Assembly: GCA_023263105.1 (NCBI GenBank)
Contig: JALQXR010000001.1
Span: 9,891-73,890 of the forward strand
Reading direction: 5' to 3'
DNA length: 64,000 bases
Source: Marivivens sp.
GTDB taxonomy: Bacteria; Pseudomonadota; Alphaproteobacteria; Rhodobacterales; Rhodobacteraceae
Made by a program: the position numbers and the translations under genes. The notes below the pieces were generated by a model. That model saw only the letters and a list, made by a program, of their open reading frames with translations. It did not search any database and was not told the DNA's origin. Positions 17,332 through 26,446 of this stretch are shown here, one piece after another (within the stretch, counting starts at the first letter, position 1; each line of letters begins with the position of its first letter).

Positions 17332-17784
17332 ATGAAACGAATGACTGACATGCTGATCGGCTGGCGCGAGACTGTTCAATTGCCCGATCTGGGCATCGGA
17401 ACGTTCACCGCAAAGATCGACACCGGCGCGCGGACCTCTGCCCTACATGCGGAGCGGATCAAGGTTTTTGACCGCGACGGAGCAAAATGGGTGCGGTTCC
17501 ATGTGCCGCACGCCGGACTCGACGAAGCTGTCGACTGCGAGGCGCCGCTTGTCGACTATCGAGAAATCAAGAACACCAGCGGCGTCCCCGAGGAGCGGCT
17601 TGTGATCGAAACGCGGCTTGCTCTAGGAGGCAGGCTCTGGCGGATCGAGGTGTCTTTGGCGGACCGCGGCAACATGGCGATGCCGCTGATACTTGGGCGT
17701 ACGGCCATTCGCCGCCGCCGGATACTGGTCGATGCCGGGCGGTCGTTCATCGCCGGCGCGCCTGCCGCAAAACGAAAGGAATAG
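17332..17784 (+). CDS. RimB-like retropepsin-fold protease (often annotated ATP-dependent zinc protease, DUF785)
   Basis: [28 protein letters not shown] contains a DTGA aspartic-protease motif. It lies immediately upstream of rimK. The start is uncertain: ATGs at 17332, 17341 and 17350. Confidence 0.75.
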   Translation: MKRMTDMLIGWRETVQLPDLGIGTFTAKIDTGARTSALHAERIKVFDRDGAKWVRFHVPHAGLDEAVDCEAPLVDYREIKNTSGVPEERLVIETRLALGGRLWRIEVSLADRGNMAMPLILGRTAIRRRRILVDAGRSFIAGAPAAKRKE

Positions 17785-17788
17785 TCCT

Positions 17789-18694
17789 GTGAAATTCGCA
17801 ATGATGGCTCGTAATCCAGACCTCTATTCGCATCGGCGCCTGAAAGAAGCGGCCGAGGCCCGCGGACACGAACTGGACATCATCAACACGCTGCGGTGCT
17901 ACATGAACATCGCAAGCCGCCGCCCCGAGATCTATTACAACGGCGAAAAACTGCCCCTGTACGACGCGGTCATTCCCCGCATCGGGGCCAGCGTGACCTT
18001 CTATGGTCTGGCCGTCCTGCGGCAGTTCGAAATGATGGGCGTCTACCCGTTGAACGAAAGCGTGGCGATCGGGCGAAGCCGTGACAAACTGCGGTCTATG
18101 CAGCTTTTGGCGCGCGACGGGATCGGGCTGCCGGTGACGACATTTGCCCATGATCCCAAGCAGACGGAAGAGGTCTTGGAACTGGCCGGTGGTGCGCCTC
18201 TGGTGATCAAACTGCTGGAAGGCACCCAAGGCATCGGCGTGGTTCTTGCCGACACCAACCGGTCCGCAAAGTCGGTGATCGAAGCGTTCCGCGGCGCGGA
18301 TGTGAACATTCTGGTGCAAGAGTTCATCAAGGAAGCAGGCGGAACCGATATTCGGGCGCTGGTCGTGGGCGGACGCGTGGTCGCCGCCATGAAACGCACC
18401 GGAGCCAGCGGCGAATTCCGCTCGAACCTGCACCGTGGCGGCACCGCCGAAGTGGTCAAGCTGAGCCCCGAAGAACGCTTTACGGCAATCCGCGCGGCAA
18501 AGTCGATGGGCCTGAACGTCTGCGGCGTGGACATGCTGCGATCCAACCACGGTCCGGTGGTGATGGAGGTCAACTCGTCCCCCGGTCTGGAAGGGGTCGA
18601 AAAGGCGACGGGCATCGATATCGCGACCAAGATCGTCGAATTCATCGAAAAGAACGCCAAAGCGGGCAAGACAAAAACAAAGGGCAAAGGCTGA
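17789..18694 (+). CDS. rimK: RimK, ATP-grasp ribosomal protein S6 L-glutamate ligase
   Basis: (GTG)[27 protein letters not shown]... aligns by eye with the E. coli RimK N-terminus. ATP-grasp body and Lys-rich C-terminal tail. A GTG start at 17789 fits better than the internal ATG at 17801. Confidence 0.9.
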   Translation: MKFAMMARNPDLYSHRRLKEAAEARGHELDIINTLRCYMNIASRRPEIYYNGEKLPLYDAVIPRIGASVTFYGLAVLRQFEMMGVYPLNESVAIGRSRDKLRSMQLLARDGIGLPVTTFAHDPKQTEEVLELAGGAPLVIKLLEGTQGIGVVLADTNRSAKSVIEAFRGADVNILVQEFIKEAGGTDIRALVVGGRVVAAMKRTGASGEFRSNLHRGGTAEVVKLSPEERFTAIRAAKSMGLNVCGVDMLRSNHGPVVMEVNSSPGLEGVEKATGIDIATKIVEFIEKNAKAGKTKTKGKG

Positions 18695-19740
18695 TGGCCG
18701 CCGCCCGCAAACCGTTCGAGATCGCGGGCCGTCGGATCGCGCCGGGGCAGCGGGCGACAGTCGATCTGCCTGTCAGCACGCTTAGCGACCACACGCCCGT
18801 CACCATGTCGGTCCACGTGGTTCACGGTAAAAAGCCCGGTCCGGTGATGTTCGTGTCCGCCGCGATCCACGGCGACGAGGTGATCGGCGTTGAAATCGTT
18901 CGGCGTCTTTTGCGCACCCCCAGCATCGACCGGATGGCGGGGACGCTGCTGGCGGTGCCGATCGTCAACACCTTTGGCTTTCTGAACCAGTCCCGCTATC
19001 TGCCCGACCGGCGCGACCTTAACCGCGTCTTTCCGGGAACGGCGAGCGGGTCGCTGGCCTCTAGGCTGGCGCATCTGTTCCTGACGGAAATCGTGTCGCG
19101 GTCGGACTATGGAATCGATCTGCATTCGGCGGCGGTCCAGCGCACGAACCTGCCTCAGGTCAGGATCAGCCCCGGAAACGCCGTGACGTCGAAACTGGCA
19201 GAGGTCTTTGGCGCTCCGGTGATCCTCACGTCGAAACTGCGCGACGGATCGTTGCGAATGGCGGCAGGCGACAAGGGCGTGAGCATGCTGCTGTACGAAG
19301 CGGGCGAGGGCCTGCGGTTCGACGAATACGCGGCGCGTGCGGGCGTCATGGGCATCCTTCGGGTCATGCACCATCTGGACATGGTCGGCGCAAAGGGCAT
19401 TTCCAAAGCCAAGGTCAAACCGATCCTCAGCCAGCGATCCAACTGGCTGCGCGCTCCGGCCGGCGGGCTATTGCGGATGTTCCGTCAGAGCGGCGACGTG
19501 GTGGCGGCGGGCGACCTGCTGGGCATCGTGTCCGACCCGTTCGGGGAAAACGAAACCGAAGTCATCTGCGGCGAAGGCGGTATCATCGTCGGGCGCACCA
19601 ACCTGCCGATCATCAACGAAGGCGACGCGCTGTTCCACATCGCAAGCCTGCCCGATGCCGCAAAGGCAGAGGCCGCAGTTGGCGTTCTGGCCGAACAGCT
19701 TGAGGCGCAACCGCTCTTCGACGAAGACGAAATCATCTAA
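18694..19740 (+). CDS. succinylglutamate desuccinylase/aspartoacylase (AstE/AspA, M14-like) family zinc deacylase
   Basis: VSAAIHGDEVIG zinc-binding HxxE motif; 348 aa. Its start ATG overlaps the rimK stop (TGATG). Confidence 0.85.
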   Translation: MAAARKPFEIAGRRIAPGQRATVDLPVSTLSDHTPVTMSVHVVHGKKPGPVMFVSAAIHGDEVIGVEIVRRLLRTPSIDRMAGTLLAVPIVNTFGFLNQSRYLPDRRDLNRVFPGTASGSLASRLAHLFLTEIVSRSDYGIDLHSAAVQRTNLPQVRISPGNAVTSKLAEVFGAPVILTSKLRDGSLRMAAGDKGVSMLLYEAGEGLRFDEYAARAGVMGILRVMHHLDMVGAKGISKAKVKPILSQRSNWLRAPAGGLLRMFRQSGDVVAAGDLLGIVSDPFGENETEVICGEGGIIVGRTNLPIINEGDALFHIASLPDAAKAEAAVGVLAEQLEAQPLFDEDEII

Positions 19741-20327
19741 TAGGCAAAGACGGGGGTTCCCATCGGGACCCTGTCGTACAGATCCACGACATGGCTGTTG
19801 TACATGCGGAAGCAGCCGTTCGACACCGCTTTGCCGATGCTTTGCGGTTCGGTCGTGCCGTGGATGCGGATCGCCGTGTCATAGCCGTTCTGGTACAGAT
19901 ATAGCGCCCGCGCGCCCAATGGATTGCTTGGTCCACCCGGCATGCCGTCCGCATAGCGGGCATAGGCGTCAGGATTGCGGGCGATCATTTCCGGCGTAGG
20001 CCGCCAGCTGGGCCATTCGACCTTGCGCCCGACGACGGACTCGCCCGAGTAACGCAGACTTTCCCGACCAATCGCCACGCCATATCGAATCGCGGTCGCA
20101 TTCCCGAGCGTCAGGTACAAGAACCGCGTTTGCGGCACGATGTGGATCTGACCGGCGGGAAAGTCGTCACGGACCCGCACGACTTGTACCCAGAATTCTT
20201 CGGGTATCGGGTAGTCGCCTTCGAACTGGGGTGTCTGGAACCCCGTCGGCGCGCCCTCTGCCGCGATGGCCGGACCGGCGGCCGAGGCGGCTAAACATCC
20301 GAAAACAAACCTTCTTCTGTCGATCAT
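19737..20327 (-). CDS. L,D-transpeptidase (YkuD domain), exported
   Basis: MIDRRRFVFGCLAASAAGPAIAAEG signal peptide. C-terminal IRIHGT...SNGCFRM catalytic His/Cys motif. GGAGG RBS precedes ATG 20327. Confidence 0.85.
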   Translation of the reverse strand: MIDRRRFVFGCLAASAAGPAIAAEGAPTGFQTPQFEGDYPIPEEFWVQVVRVRDDFPAGQIHIVPQTRFLYLTLGNATAIRYGVAIGRESLRYSGESVVGRKVEWPSWRPTPEMIARNPDAYARYADGMPGGPSNPLGARALYLYQNGYDTAIRIHGTTEPQSIGKAVSNGCFRMYNSHVVDLYDRVPMGTPVFAY

Positions 20328-20400
20328 CGCTACCTCCGTCTGCAGTGGGTAGGATGATATGCCAGCGCGGTCGACGCGCAATTGCAGCGCGGACACAGTC

Positions 20401-20434
20401 AAAGAAAAACGGCCCCGACAATGCTGTCAGGGCC
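20401..20434 (-). terminator. rho-independent terminator of pnp
   Basis: Minus strand reads GGCCCTGACA-gcat-TGTCGGGGCC (one mismatch) followed by GTTTTTCTTT. Confidence 0.7.
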
Positions 20435-20461
20435 GCCTCCTCACGCAGGTGTGACTGCGGA

Positions 20462-22603
20462 TCAGTTGTCCTCTTCGGACTTCTCTTCGCGGACGACCTC
20501 TTTGCCGGTCTCCTGATCGACGATCTTCATCGACAGGCGGACCTTGCCACGGTCATCAAAGCCCAGAAGCTTTACCCAGACTTCCTGGCCCTCTTTGAGG
20601 ACGTCGGAGGGGTGGTTCAGGCGGCGGTTCTCGATCTGGCTCACGTGGACGAGTCCGTCACGCTTGCCAAAGAAGTTCACGAAGGCGCCGAAATCGACGA
20701 GCTTCACGACCTTGCCCTTGTAGACTTTGCCTTCTTCCGGCTCTGCGACGATCGCATAGATCATGTCGTAGGCTTTCTGGATGGCTTCGCCGTTCGAGGA
20801 CGCGATCTTGATCACGCCGTCGTCGTTGATGTCGACCTTTGCGCCCGACACTTCGACGATTTCGCGGATGACCTTGCCGCCCGAGCCGATCACTTCACGG
20901 ATCTTGTCGGTGGGGATGGTCATCGTTTCGATGCGCGGAGCGTGAACCGAGAATTCGTTCGCGCTGGACAGGGCTTTCGACATTTCGCCAAGGATGTGCA
21001 GGCGACCTTCTTTGGCCTGAGCCAGCGCCTTTTTCATGATCTCGGGCGTGATGCCTGCGACCTTGATGTCCATCTGAAGCGACGTGATGCCCTTTTCGGT
21101 GCCAGCGACTTTGAAGTCCATGTCACCAAGGTGGTCTTCGTCACCCAGAATGTCCGTCAGAACGGCGAACGAACCGTCGTCTTCCAGCACCAGACCCATG
21201 GCGACACCGGCAACCGGAGCCTTCAGCGGAACGCCGGCATCCATCATCGACAGCGAGCCGCCACAGACCGAAGCCATGGAGGACGAACCGTTCGATTCAG
21301 TGATCTCCGACACGACGCGGATCGTGTAGGGGAAGTCGGTCGCAGCAGGCAGAACGGCCTGAAGCGCGCGCCATGCGAGCTTACCATGGCCGATTTCACG
21401 GCGACCCGGCGAGCCTACGCGGCCAACTTCACCAACCGAATACGGCGGGAAGTTGTAGTGCAGCAGGAAATTCTGGCGGAAGTTGCCGTGCAGGGCGTCG
21501 ATGATCTGCTCATCGTCGCCGGTGCCCAGAGTGGTCACAACCAGACCCTGAGTTTCACCACGGGTGAACAGGGCCGAACCGTGGGTCCGCGGCAGGATGC
21601 CGGTTTCGCTGACGATCGGGCGAACCTGATCCAGAGCGCGACCGTCGATGCGGCGGCCGTTCTTGACCACGTCGCCGCGCAGGACTTTGGATTCCAGCTT
21701 TTTCAGCGCGGTTCCAAGGTTCGCATCGGCAAGCTGCTCTTCGGTCAGTGCGGCTTTGATCGCGTCCTTGGCTGCGGCAACTGCGGCGACGCGCTGCTGC
21801 TTGTCGGTGATCGCATAAGCGGCACGCATCGCGTCTTCGCCAGCAGCGGTCACGGCGCCCAGAAGGTCGGCGTAGTCCGGAGCGACAAAGTTGAAGGGCT
21901 CTTTGGCGGCCGCTTCAGCCAGATCGATGATCAAGTCGATGACCGGCTGGATCTGCTCGTGCGCAAAAGTCACAGCGCCCAGCATTTCGTCTTCGGTCAG
22001 TTCGTAGGCTTCCGATTCCACCATCATCACGGCGTCTTTGGTGCCTGCGACAACCAGATCCAGACGCTGGTCGGGGTTGTTGCGCAGGTTGTCCATGTCG
22101 TCGACGGTCGGGTTCAGGATGTATTCGCCATCTTCGAAACCAACACGGCAACCGGCGATCGGGCCCATGAACGGCGCGCCCGACAGGGTCAGCGCGGCAG
22201 AGGCGGCGATCATCGCGACGATGTCGGGATCGTTGACAAGGTCGTGGCTCAGAACGGTGCACATGACGAGCACTTCGTTCTTGAAACCATCGACGAACAG
22301 CGGGCGGATCGGACGGTCGATCAGGCGCGCGGTCAGCGTTTCCTTTTCGGTCGGTCGCGCTTCGCGCTTGAAGAAACCGCCCGGCACTTTACCGGCGGCA
22401 TAGTATTTTTCCTGGTAGTGAACCGTCAGCGGAAAGAAGTCCTGACCGGGCTTCGGTTCCTTTGCGTAGGTCACGTTGGCCATGACGGTGGTTTCGCCCA
22501 GAGTGGCGAGCACGGTGCCGTCGGCCTGACGCGCGACCTTGCCGGTTTCCAGCGTCAGCGTTTCTTCGCCCCACTGGATTGATTTTTTAACTTCGTTGAA
22601 CAT
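20462..22603 (-). CDS. pnp: polyribonucleotide nucleotidyltransferase (PNPase)
   Basis: [29 protein letters not shown]..., two RNase PH domains, KH and S1 domains; 713 aa. Confidence 0.97.
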   Translation of the reverse strand: MFNEVKKSIQWGEETLTLETGKVARQADGTVLATLGETTVMANVTYAKEPKPGQDFFPLTVHYQEKYYAAGKVPGGFFKREARPTEKETLTARLIDRPIRPLFVDGFKNEVLVMCTVLSHDLVNDPDIVAMIAASAALTLSGAPFMGPIAGCRVGFEDGEYILNPTVDDMDNLRNNPDQRLDLVVAGTKDAVMMVESEAYELTEDEMLGAVTFAHEQIQPVIDLIIDLAEAAAKEPFNFVAPDYADLLGAVTAAGEDAMRAAYAITDKQQRVAAVAAAKDAIKAALTEEQLADANLGTALKKLESKVLRGDVVKNGRRIDGRALDQVRPIVSETGILPRTHGSALFTRGETQGLVVTTLGTGDDEQIIDALHGNFRQNFLLHYNFPPYSVGEVGRVGSPGRREIGHGKLAWRALQAVLPAATDFPYTIRVVSEITESNGSSSMASVCGGSLSMMDAGVPLKAPVAGVAMGLVLEDDGSFAVLTDILGDEDHLGDMDFKVAGTEKGITSLQMDIKVAGITPEIMKKALAQAKEGRLHILGEMSKALSSANEFSVHAPRIETMTIPTDKIREVIGSGGKVIREIVEVSGAKVDINDDGVIKIASSNGEAIQKAYDMIYAIVAEPEEGKVYKGKVVKLVDFGAFVNFFGKRDGLVHVSQIENRRLNHPSDVLKEGQEVWVKLLGFDDRGKVRLSMKIVDQETGKEVVREEKSEEDN

Positions 22604-22886
22604 CTAGCGTATCCTGTAAGGGAGCACTCCCGGCCCTCCGGGTCTCCCGTTTGCATGGTGGCCCCATTGCCACCGACCCCAAGATCATTCCATGCGCCGG
22701 GGTCCATAGCGTCACGTTTCAGATGGGCGGCCTATACAAGAGAAAGCGCCGAAAGGAAAGCTACGAAGAATCGGCCCGCTTTTCGTGCGGATCGGTCGGC
22801 GCGGGCGCGGGGTTGACCGTAAGAACCGGCTCGGTGTTTGCTAGTTTACGGTAAGTGGCAGTCAATGGCCCATGGGGGAGGCCACT

Positions 22887-24005
22887 ATGGATGCAGCACT
22901 TTATCCCATCATCGACCGCGCACATGCGTTTGCGGGGGCGGTGCGAAGCCTGTCGGATTTCACTCTCGGTCCGGGTCGCGATATCGACCCCGTGATGGCA
23001 GTGCAGTCGCCGGATTGGTCGCTCTACGCTGTCGATATCGAGTCCCGCAGGGCCATGTTTGTCGAACTGCCGAAAGGCACCGATCTGGGCAATGCGTCGT
23101 TTGTCTACATGACCCAATTCGATCTGGCGCAACGGGCGATCATTGTTCCGTTAGAGTTACTGGAGCCGCTGAGCAGGCAACGAGCCGCGCCCGAGAATAT
23201 GGGCATGCTCTTCTCGACAGGGCGGTGCGGTTCGACGCTGGCCAGCCGTATCCTGGCCCAGATTCCCGATGTCTGGAGCCTGTCCGAGCCGGACATCTTG
23301 GAAAACCTCGCCTTTGCGCGGTGTTCGGTGCCGTCGAAGGAAATGGTGCCGCTCATTCGTGCGGCCACGCGGCTGTTGTTCAACCCTCCTGCCGGTCGGA
23401 AGATCAGGACTTTTGTCATTAAGCCAAGGTCCGAGTCAGTTTTGCAGGCCTCGGACTATGCTGCCGCTTTGCCGCAATCGCGGAACATCTTCATGTATCG
23501 GGACGCTGCGGGTTACGTGAATTCCCTTTACCGCTTTGCGCAAAAGATGATCGGCCCCGAAGTCTTTTTCGGCCCCGAGATGGATGCGATTTCGTGGCCG
23601 TTGTCGTCAGCAAATGCGCCGCAAAGCCTGTCTGACGAATACTTTCCCGAAGGCCGCAATCCGTCGAACACCAGTGACGTCATGGCGATGGGATGGGCGA
23701 TACGGATGCACGCCTATCTTAGGGCGGCAGACATCGGCGTACCCATGCAGCCGCTGCACTATGCCGACCTGAATGCCGATCGGCGCGCGCAGACCACTCT
23801 GCTGTTGCAAGGTTTGGGCATTCGTGCCGATCATCTGGACCTTGCGATGCGCGGGTTCGATGAGGACAGCCAGAAAGGAACCGGCGGCGATCGCGCGTTG
23901 CCTGCCATTCCATTGGACGACGCGCAGCGCGCGCGGATCGCCGTGCTGCTGGGTCGATGGGGGCTGGATGACTATGCCACCCTGCGATTGCCTAGGGTCG
24001 GGTGA
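22887..24005 (+). CDS. hypothetical protein, sulfotransferase-like P-loop fold
   Basis: LFSTGRCGSTLASRIL resembles the PAPS 5-prime-phosphosulfate-binding loop of sulfotransferases, followed by FVIKPRSES and FMYRDAAGYVNSLY (3-prime-phosphate-binding-like). GGGGAGG RBS precedes ATG 22887. The coding call is firmer than the function. Confidence 0.6.
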   Translation: MDAALYPIIDRAHAFAGAVRSLSDFTLGPGRDIDPVMAVQSPDWSLYAVDIESRRAMFVELPKGTDLGNASFVYMTQFDLAQRAIIVPLELLEPLSRQRAAPENMGMLFSTGRCGSTLASRILAQIPDVWSLSEPDILENLAFARCSVPSKEMVPLIRAATRLLFNPPAGRKIRTFVIKPRSESVLQASDYAAALPQSRNIFMYRDAAGYVNSLYRFAQKMIGPEVFFGPEMDAISWPLSSANAPQSLSDEYFPEGRNPSNTSDVMAMGWAIRMHAYLRAADIGVPMQPLHYADLNADRRAQTTLLLQGLGIRADHLDLAMRGFDEDSQKGTGGDRALPAIPLDDAQRARIAVLLGRWGLDDYATLRLPRVG

Positions 24006-24100
24006 CATTCGCTAGTCGTCGACACAGGGTTGATCCGCGCCTGCGTTGGGGGCCGCACATTCCGCTGACTGGCGCACCGTTGATTAACGCTGTCGCCCAA

Positions 24101-24130
24101 ATACAAAAGGGGCCGCCTGAGCGACCCCTT
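24101..24130 (-). terminator. rho-independent terminator of rpsO
   Basis: Minus strand reads AAGGGG...CCCCTT hairpin followed by TTGTATTT, 20 nt after the rpsO stop. Confidence 0.7.
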
Positions 24131-24150
24131 CGACTTTCGATCCGGCCGTA

Positions 24151-24420
24151 TTAGCGGCGGATGCCAAGACGTTCGAGAAGCGACTGGTAACGTGCTTCGT
24201 CTTTTGCCTTGGTGTAGTCGAGAAGCTTACGGCGCTGTGCGACCAGCTTCAGAAGGCCACGGCGACCGTGGTTGTCCTTCTTGTGGGTCTTGAAGTGCTC
24301 GGTAAGCGTGTTGATTCGGGACGTCAGGATCGCGATCTGGACCTCGGGCGAACCGGTGTCGCCTTCTTTGGTCGCGAAGTCTTTGATCAGACGGGCTTTT
24401 TCTTCAACAGTGATCGACAT
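24151..24420 (-). CDS. rpsO: 30S ribosomal protein S15
   Basis: [57 protein letters not shown]...; 89 aa. Confidence 0.97.
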   Translation of the reverse strand: MSITVEEKARLIKDFATKEGDTGSPEVQIAILTSRINTLTEHFKTHKKDNHGRRGLLKLVAQRRKLLDYTKAKDEARYQSLLERLGIRR

Positions 24421-24563
24421 CGGGGTCTCCTTTCGAAAAAAGGGTTATGGCGCAAGCCGGGATGTCGTCCAGCAGGGCCCGTGGAGGCATCCGCAGCAGG
24501 AATCCGCAACGGATGGGGGCGTATAGGGAAATCTGCGGAGAAAGGAAAGCTATTTCCTAGTCG

Positions 24564-25484
24564 TCAGCTGTCTGGTTCAAACCGGATCGAGTCGATGGAC
24601 AGCTCTGTTAAGCCTGACAAATGGGCGACCTCTATCCCGTCGGCAAGGACTCTTAGCCCATCAGGGACGACTTGAGTTTCGATCTGTGGGTCCGCGGCAC
24701 CGGGTTGATGCAGGATGATGAGTTCGTCTTCTGCAGGGTTAAAGTCCGCGATGGTCGTGACGTCCCCTTCGGACAACGACAAGACAAACTGGTCCGATCC
24801 GAGCCCGCCATGCAAATGGTCGCCGGCGTCACCGATCAACCTGTCCGCGCCAGCCCCACCGTTTAGAAAATCCCTGATCCCCGAGGCATCGCGACCGTCG
24901 ATCAGATCGTCGCCGCTGCCGCCGTTCAGCACATCGTCACCGTCGCCGCCGACGAGTGTGTCATTCCCGAAATGCCCCTGCAGGCTGTCATTTCCGGAGC
25001 CACCCTGAATGTCGTCGTCGCCGCCACCGCCGACCAGCACATCGTTACCATCGCCGCCGTAAATGCTATCGTCGTCGACATGGCCATAGACCTGATCGTC
25101 GCCATTTCCGCCAAACAATTCATCGTTTCCGCGGCCGCCGTGCAGGATGTCGTCGCCATCCCCGCCATCGGCAAGGTCATCGCCGTCTTCGCCCGAAAGG
25201 ACATCGTCGCCCGACCCGCCGTCCAGATCGTCATTGCCCGACCCGCCGATCAGCGTGTCATCGTCATCCCCGCCAAGCAGGGTGTCGTCGCCGTCTTCGC
25301 CCAACAGGACATCAAGCCCGCCGCGCCCGTCGATATGGTCGTCGCCGCCGCCGGCGAGCGCGAGGTCGTCATCATCGGTACCCTCTGCACGGTCATCACC
25401 GTCGGTGGTTTCGATGGTTGGTATGAGGGCGATGCCAAATAATGCGGCACCGATAAGGGTCATGAAAAGATACATCTGGCGCAC
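24564..25484 (-). CDS. RTX-type calcium-binding repeat protein with N-terminal hydrophobic anchor or signal
   Basis: About 20 consecutive GGxGxDxLx nonapeptides (GGSGNDDLDGGSGDDVLSGEDGDD...). N-terminus MYLFMTLIGAALFGIALIPTI. The start is ambiguous: GTG 25484, ATG 25475 or ATG 25463. Confidence 0.8.
   Translation of the reverse strand: MRQMYLFMTLIGAALFGIALIPTIETTDGDDRAEGTDDDDLALAGGGDDHIDGRGGLDVLLGEDGDDTLLGGDDDDTLIGGSGNDDLDGGSGDDVLSGEDGDDLADGGDGDDILHGGRGNDELFGGNGDDQVYGHVDDDSIYGGDGNDVLVGGGGDDDIQGGSGNDSLQGHFGNDTLVGGDGDDVLNGGSGDDLIDGRDASGIRDFLNGGAGADRLIGDAGDHLHGGLGSDQFVLSLSEGDVTTIADFNPAEDELIILHQPGAADPQIETQVVPDGLRVLADGIEVAHLSGLTELSIDSIRFEPDS
24780..25358 (-). repeat. tandem degenerate 27-nt (nonapeptide GGxGxDxLx) coding repeats inside the RTX-like gene
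   Basis: About 20 consecutive units. All six frames are open here in the ORF track, as expected for a GC-rich periodic repeat. Confidence 0.85.
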
Positions 25485-25557
25485 AATTCGACTTGTCTCG
25501 GATCATGAGAACATACATCGAACATCGCCTGAAATCGCTTGTTTTCTGACTTCGTGG

Positions 25558-26445
25558 TTAACGAGTCATGAAATGGGGCAGGAAAACCGAGGTCACGGCA
25601 GCGGGGTTTTCCTCCATCACGAAATGGCCGGCCTGACAGGACTGGCCGGTGACGTCTACGGCCCATTTGTTCCAGATTCCAAGGGGATCGCCCGCTTTGG
25701 CGGGGAAGCCGTGCTCTGACCAGAGGAACGCCAGCGGCGCCCCGATCCGAGCCCCGGCGGCGCGGTCGGAGTCGTCGATCTGCCGGTCGATGCCCGCCCC
25801 GGCGCGATAGTCGGCGCACATGGCGTGCAGCCGTGCTGGGTCGGCCATCTGGCGGCGATAGTCGGCCATGGATTCGGGTGGGAAACAGGCAAGCGACCGC
25901 GCCATAGTCCAATGCCTGAGGGTCCATTCCAGATAGGCATCCGGGTCCGCGCCGATCATCCGTTCGGGCAGCGGGGCAGGCTGGGCAAGAAAGGTCCAGT
26001 GATAGGATTTCATCGCCAGATCCGCCGTCCATGCGCGCCAGTAATCGCCCGTCGGCATGATTTCAATTATGCCAAGCCGGTCGATCCGGTCCGGATGGTC
26101 AAGGGCGAACCGGTAGGCGACCCGAGCCCCTCGGTCATGGCCAAGGATATGGGCGCGGTCCAGCCCGAGGCGGTCCATCATGCCCACCAGATCCGCGGCC
26201 ATCCGGCGTTTTGAATAGGTGGTGTTTTCAAGGTTGTCGGTCGGGGCGTCGCTATCCCCGTAGCCCCGCAGATCAGGAATGATCGTGTCAAAATGCGCGG
26301 CAAATTCGGGGGCGACCTTTGCCCATGTCCGGTGGTTCTGAGGAAAGCCGTGAAGCAGGATCAGAGGCGTGCCTTGCCCAGCGCGATGGACCGACAGGTT
26401 GACCTCTCCGCAGTTGATCATGGTGCGTTCGAAGCCGTCGATCAT
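25558..26445 (-). CDS. alpha/beta hydrolase, haloacetate dehalogenase/epoxide hydrolase-like (Asp nucleophile)
   Basis: LILLHGFPQNHRTW (oxyanion HGxP), ILGHDRGARVAY (Asp nucleophile elbow), C-terminal GHFVMEE. Confidence 0.85.
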   Translation of the reverse strand: MIDGFERTMINCGEVNLSVHRAGQGTPLILLHGFPQNHRTWAKVAPEFAAHFDTIIPDLRGYGDSDAPTDNLENTTYSKRRMAADLVGMMDRLGLDRAHILGHDRGARVAYRFALDHPDRIDRLGIIEIMPTGDYWRAWTADLAMKSYHWTFLAQPAPLPERMIGADPDAYLEWTLRHWTMARSLACFPPESMADYRRQMADPARLHAMCADYRAGAGIDRQIDDSDRAAGARIGAPLAFLWSEHGFPAKAGDPLGIWNKWAVDVTGQSCQAGHFVMEENPAAVTSVFLPHFMTR

Positions 26446-26446
26446 C

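Noticed and set aside
20231-22582. 783-aa ORF on the plus strand covering almost all of pnp
   Set aside because: It is antisense to an unmistakable PNPase gene. The translation is low-complexity and Arg/Ala/Gly/Asp-rich with no recognisable motifs. Long stop-free antisense frames are expected in GC3-biased genomes.
22751-22763. 13-mer GAAAGGAAAGCTA shared with 24540-24552, considered as an insertion-site direct repeat flanking the sulfotransferase-like gene
   Set aside because: The second copy lies beyond rpsO, so the pair does not flank the insert alone. No other scar of mobility is visible. I kept it only as a promoter-like motif because of the conserved N14-TATA spacing.
24780-25358. Periodic repeat region considered as a possible CRISPR array or minisatellite
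   Set aside because: The units are 27 nt, degenerate, and in frame with a GGxGxDxLx-coding gene. There are no unique spacers and no cas genes. It is a protein-coding RTX repeat.
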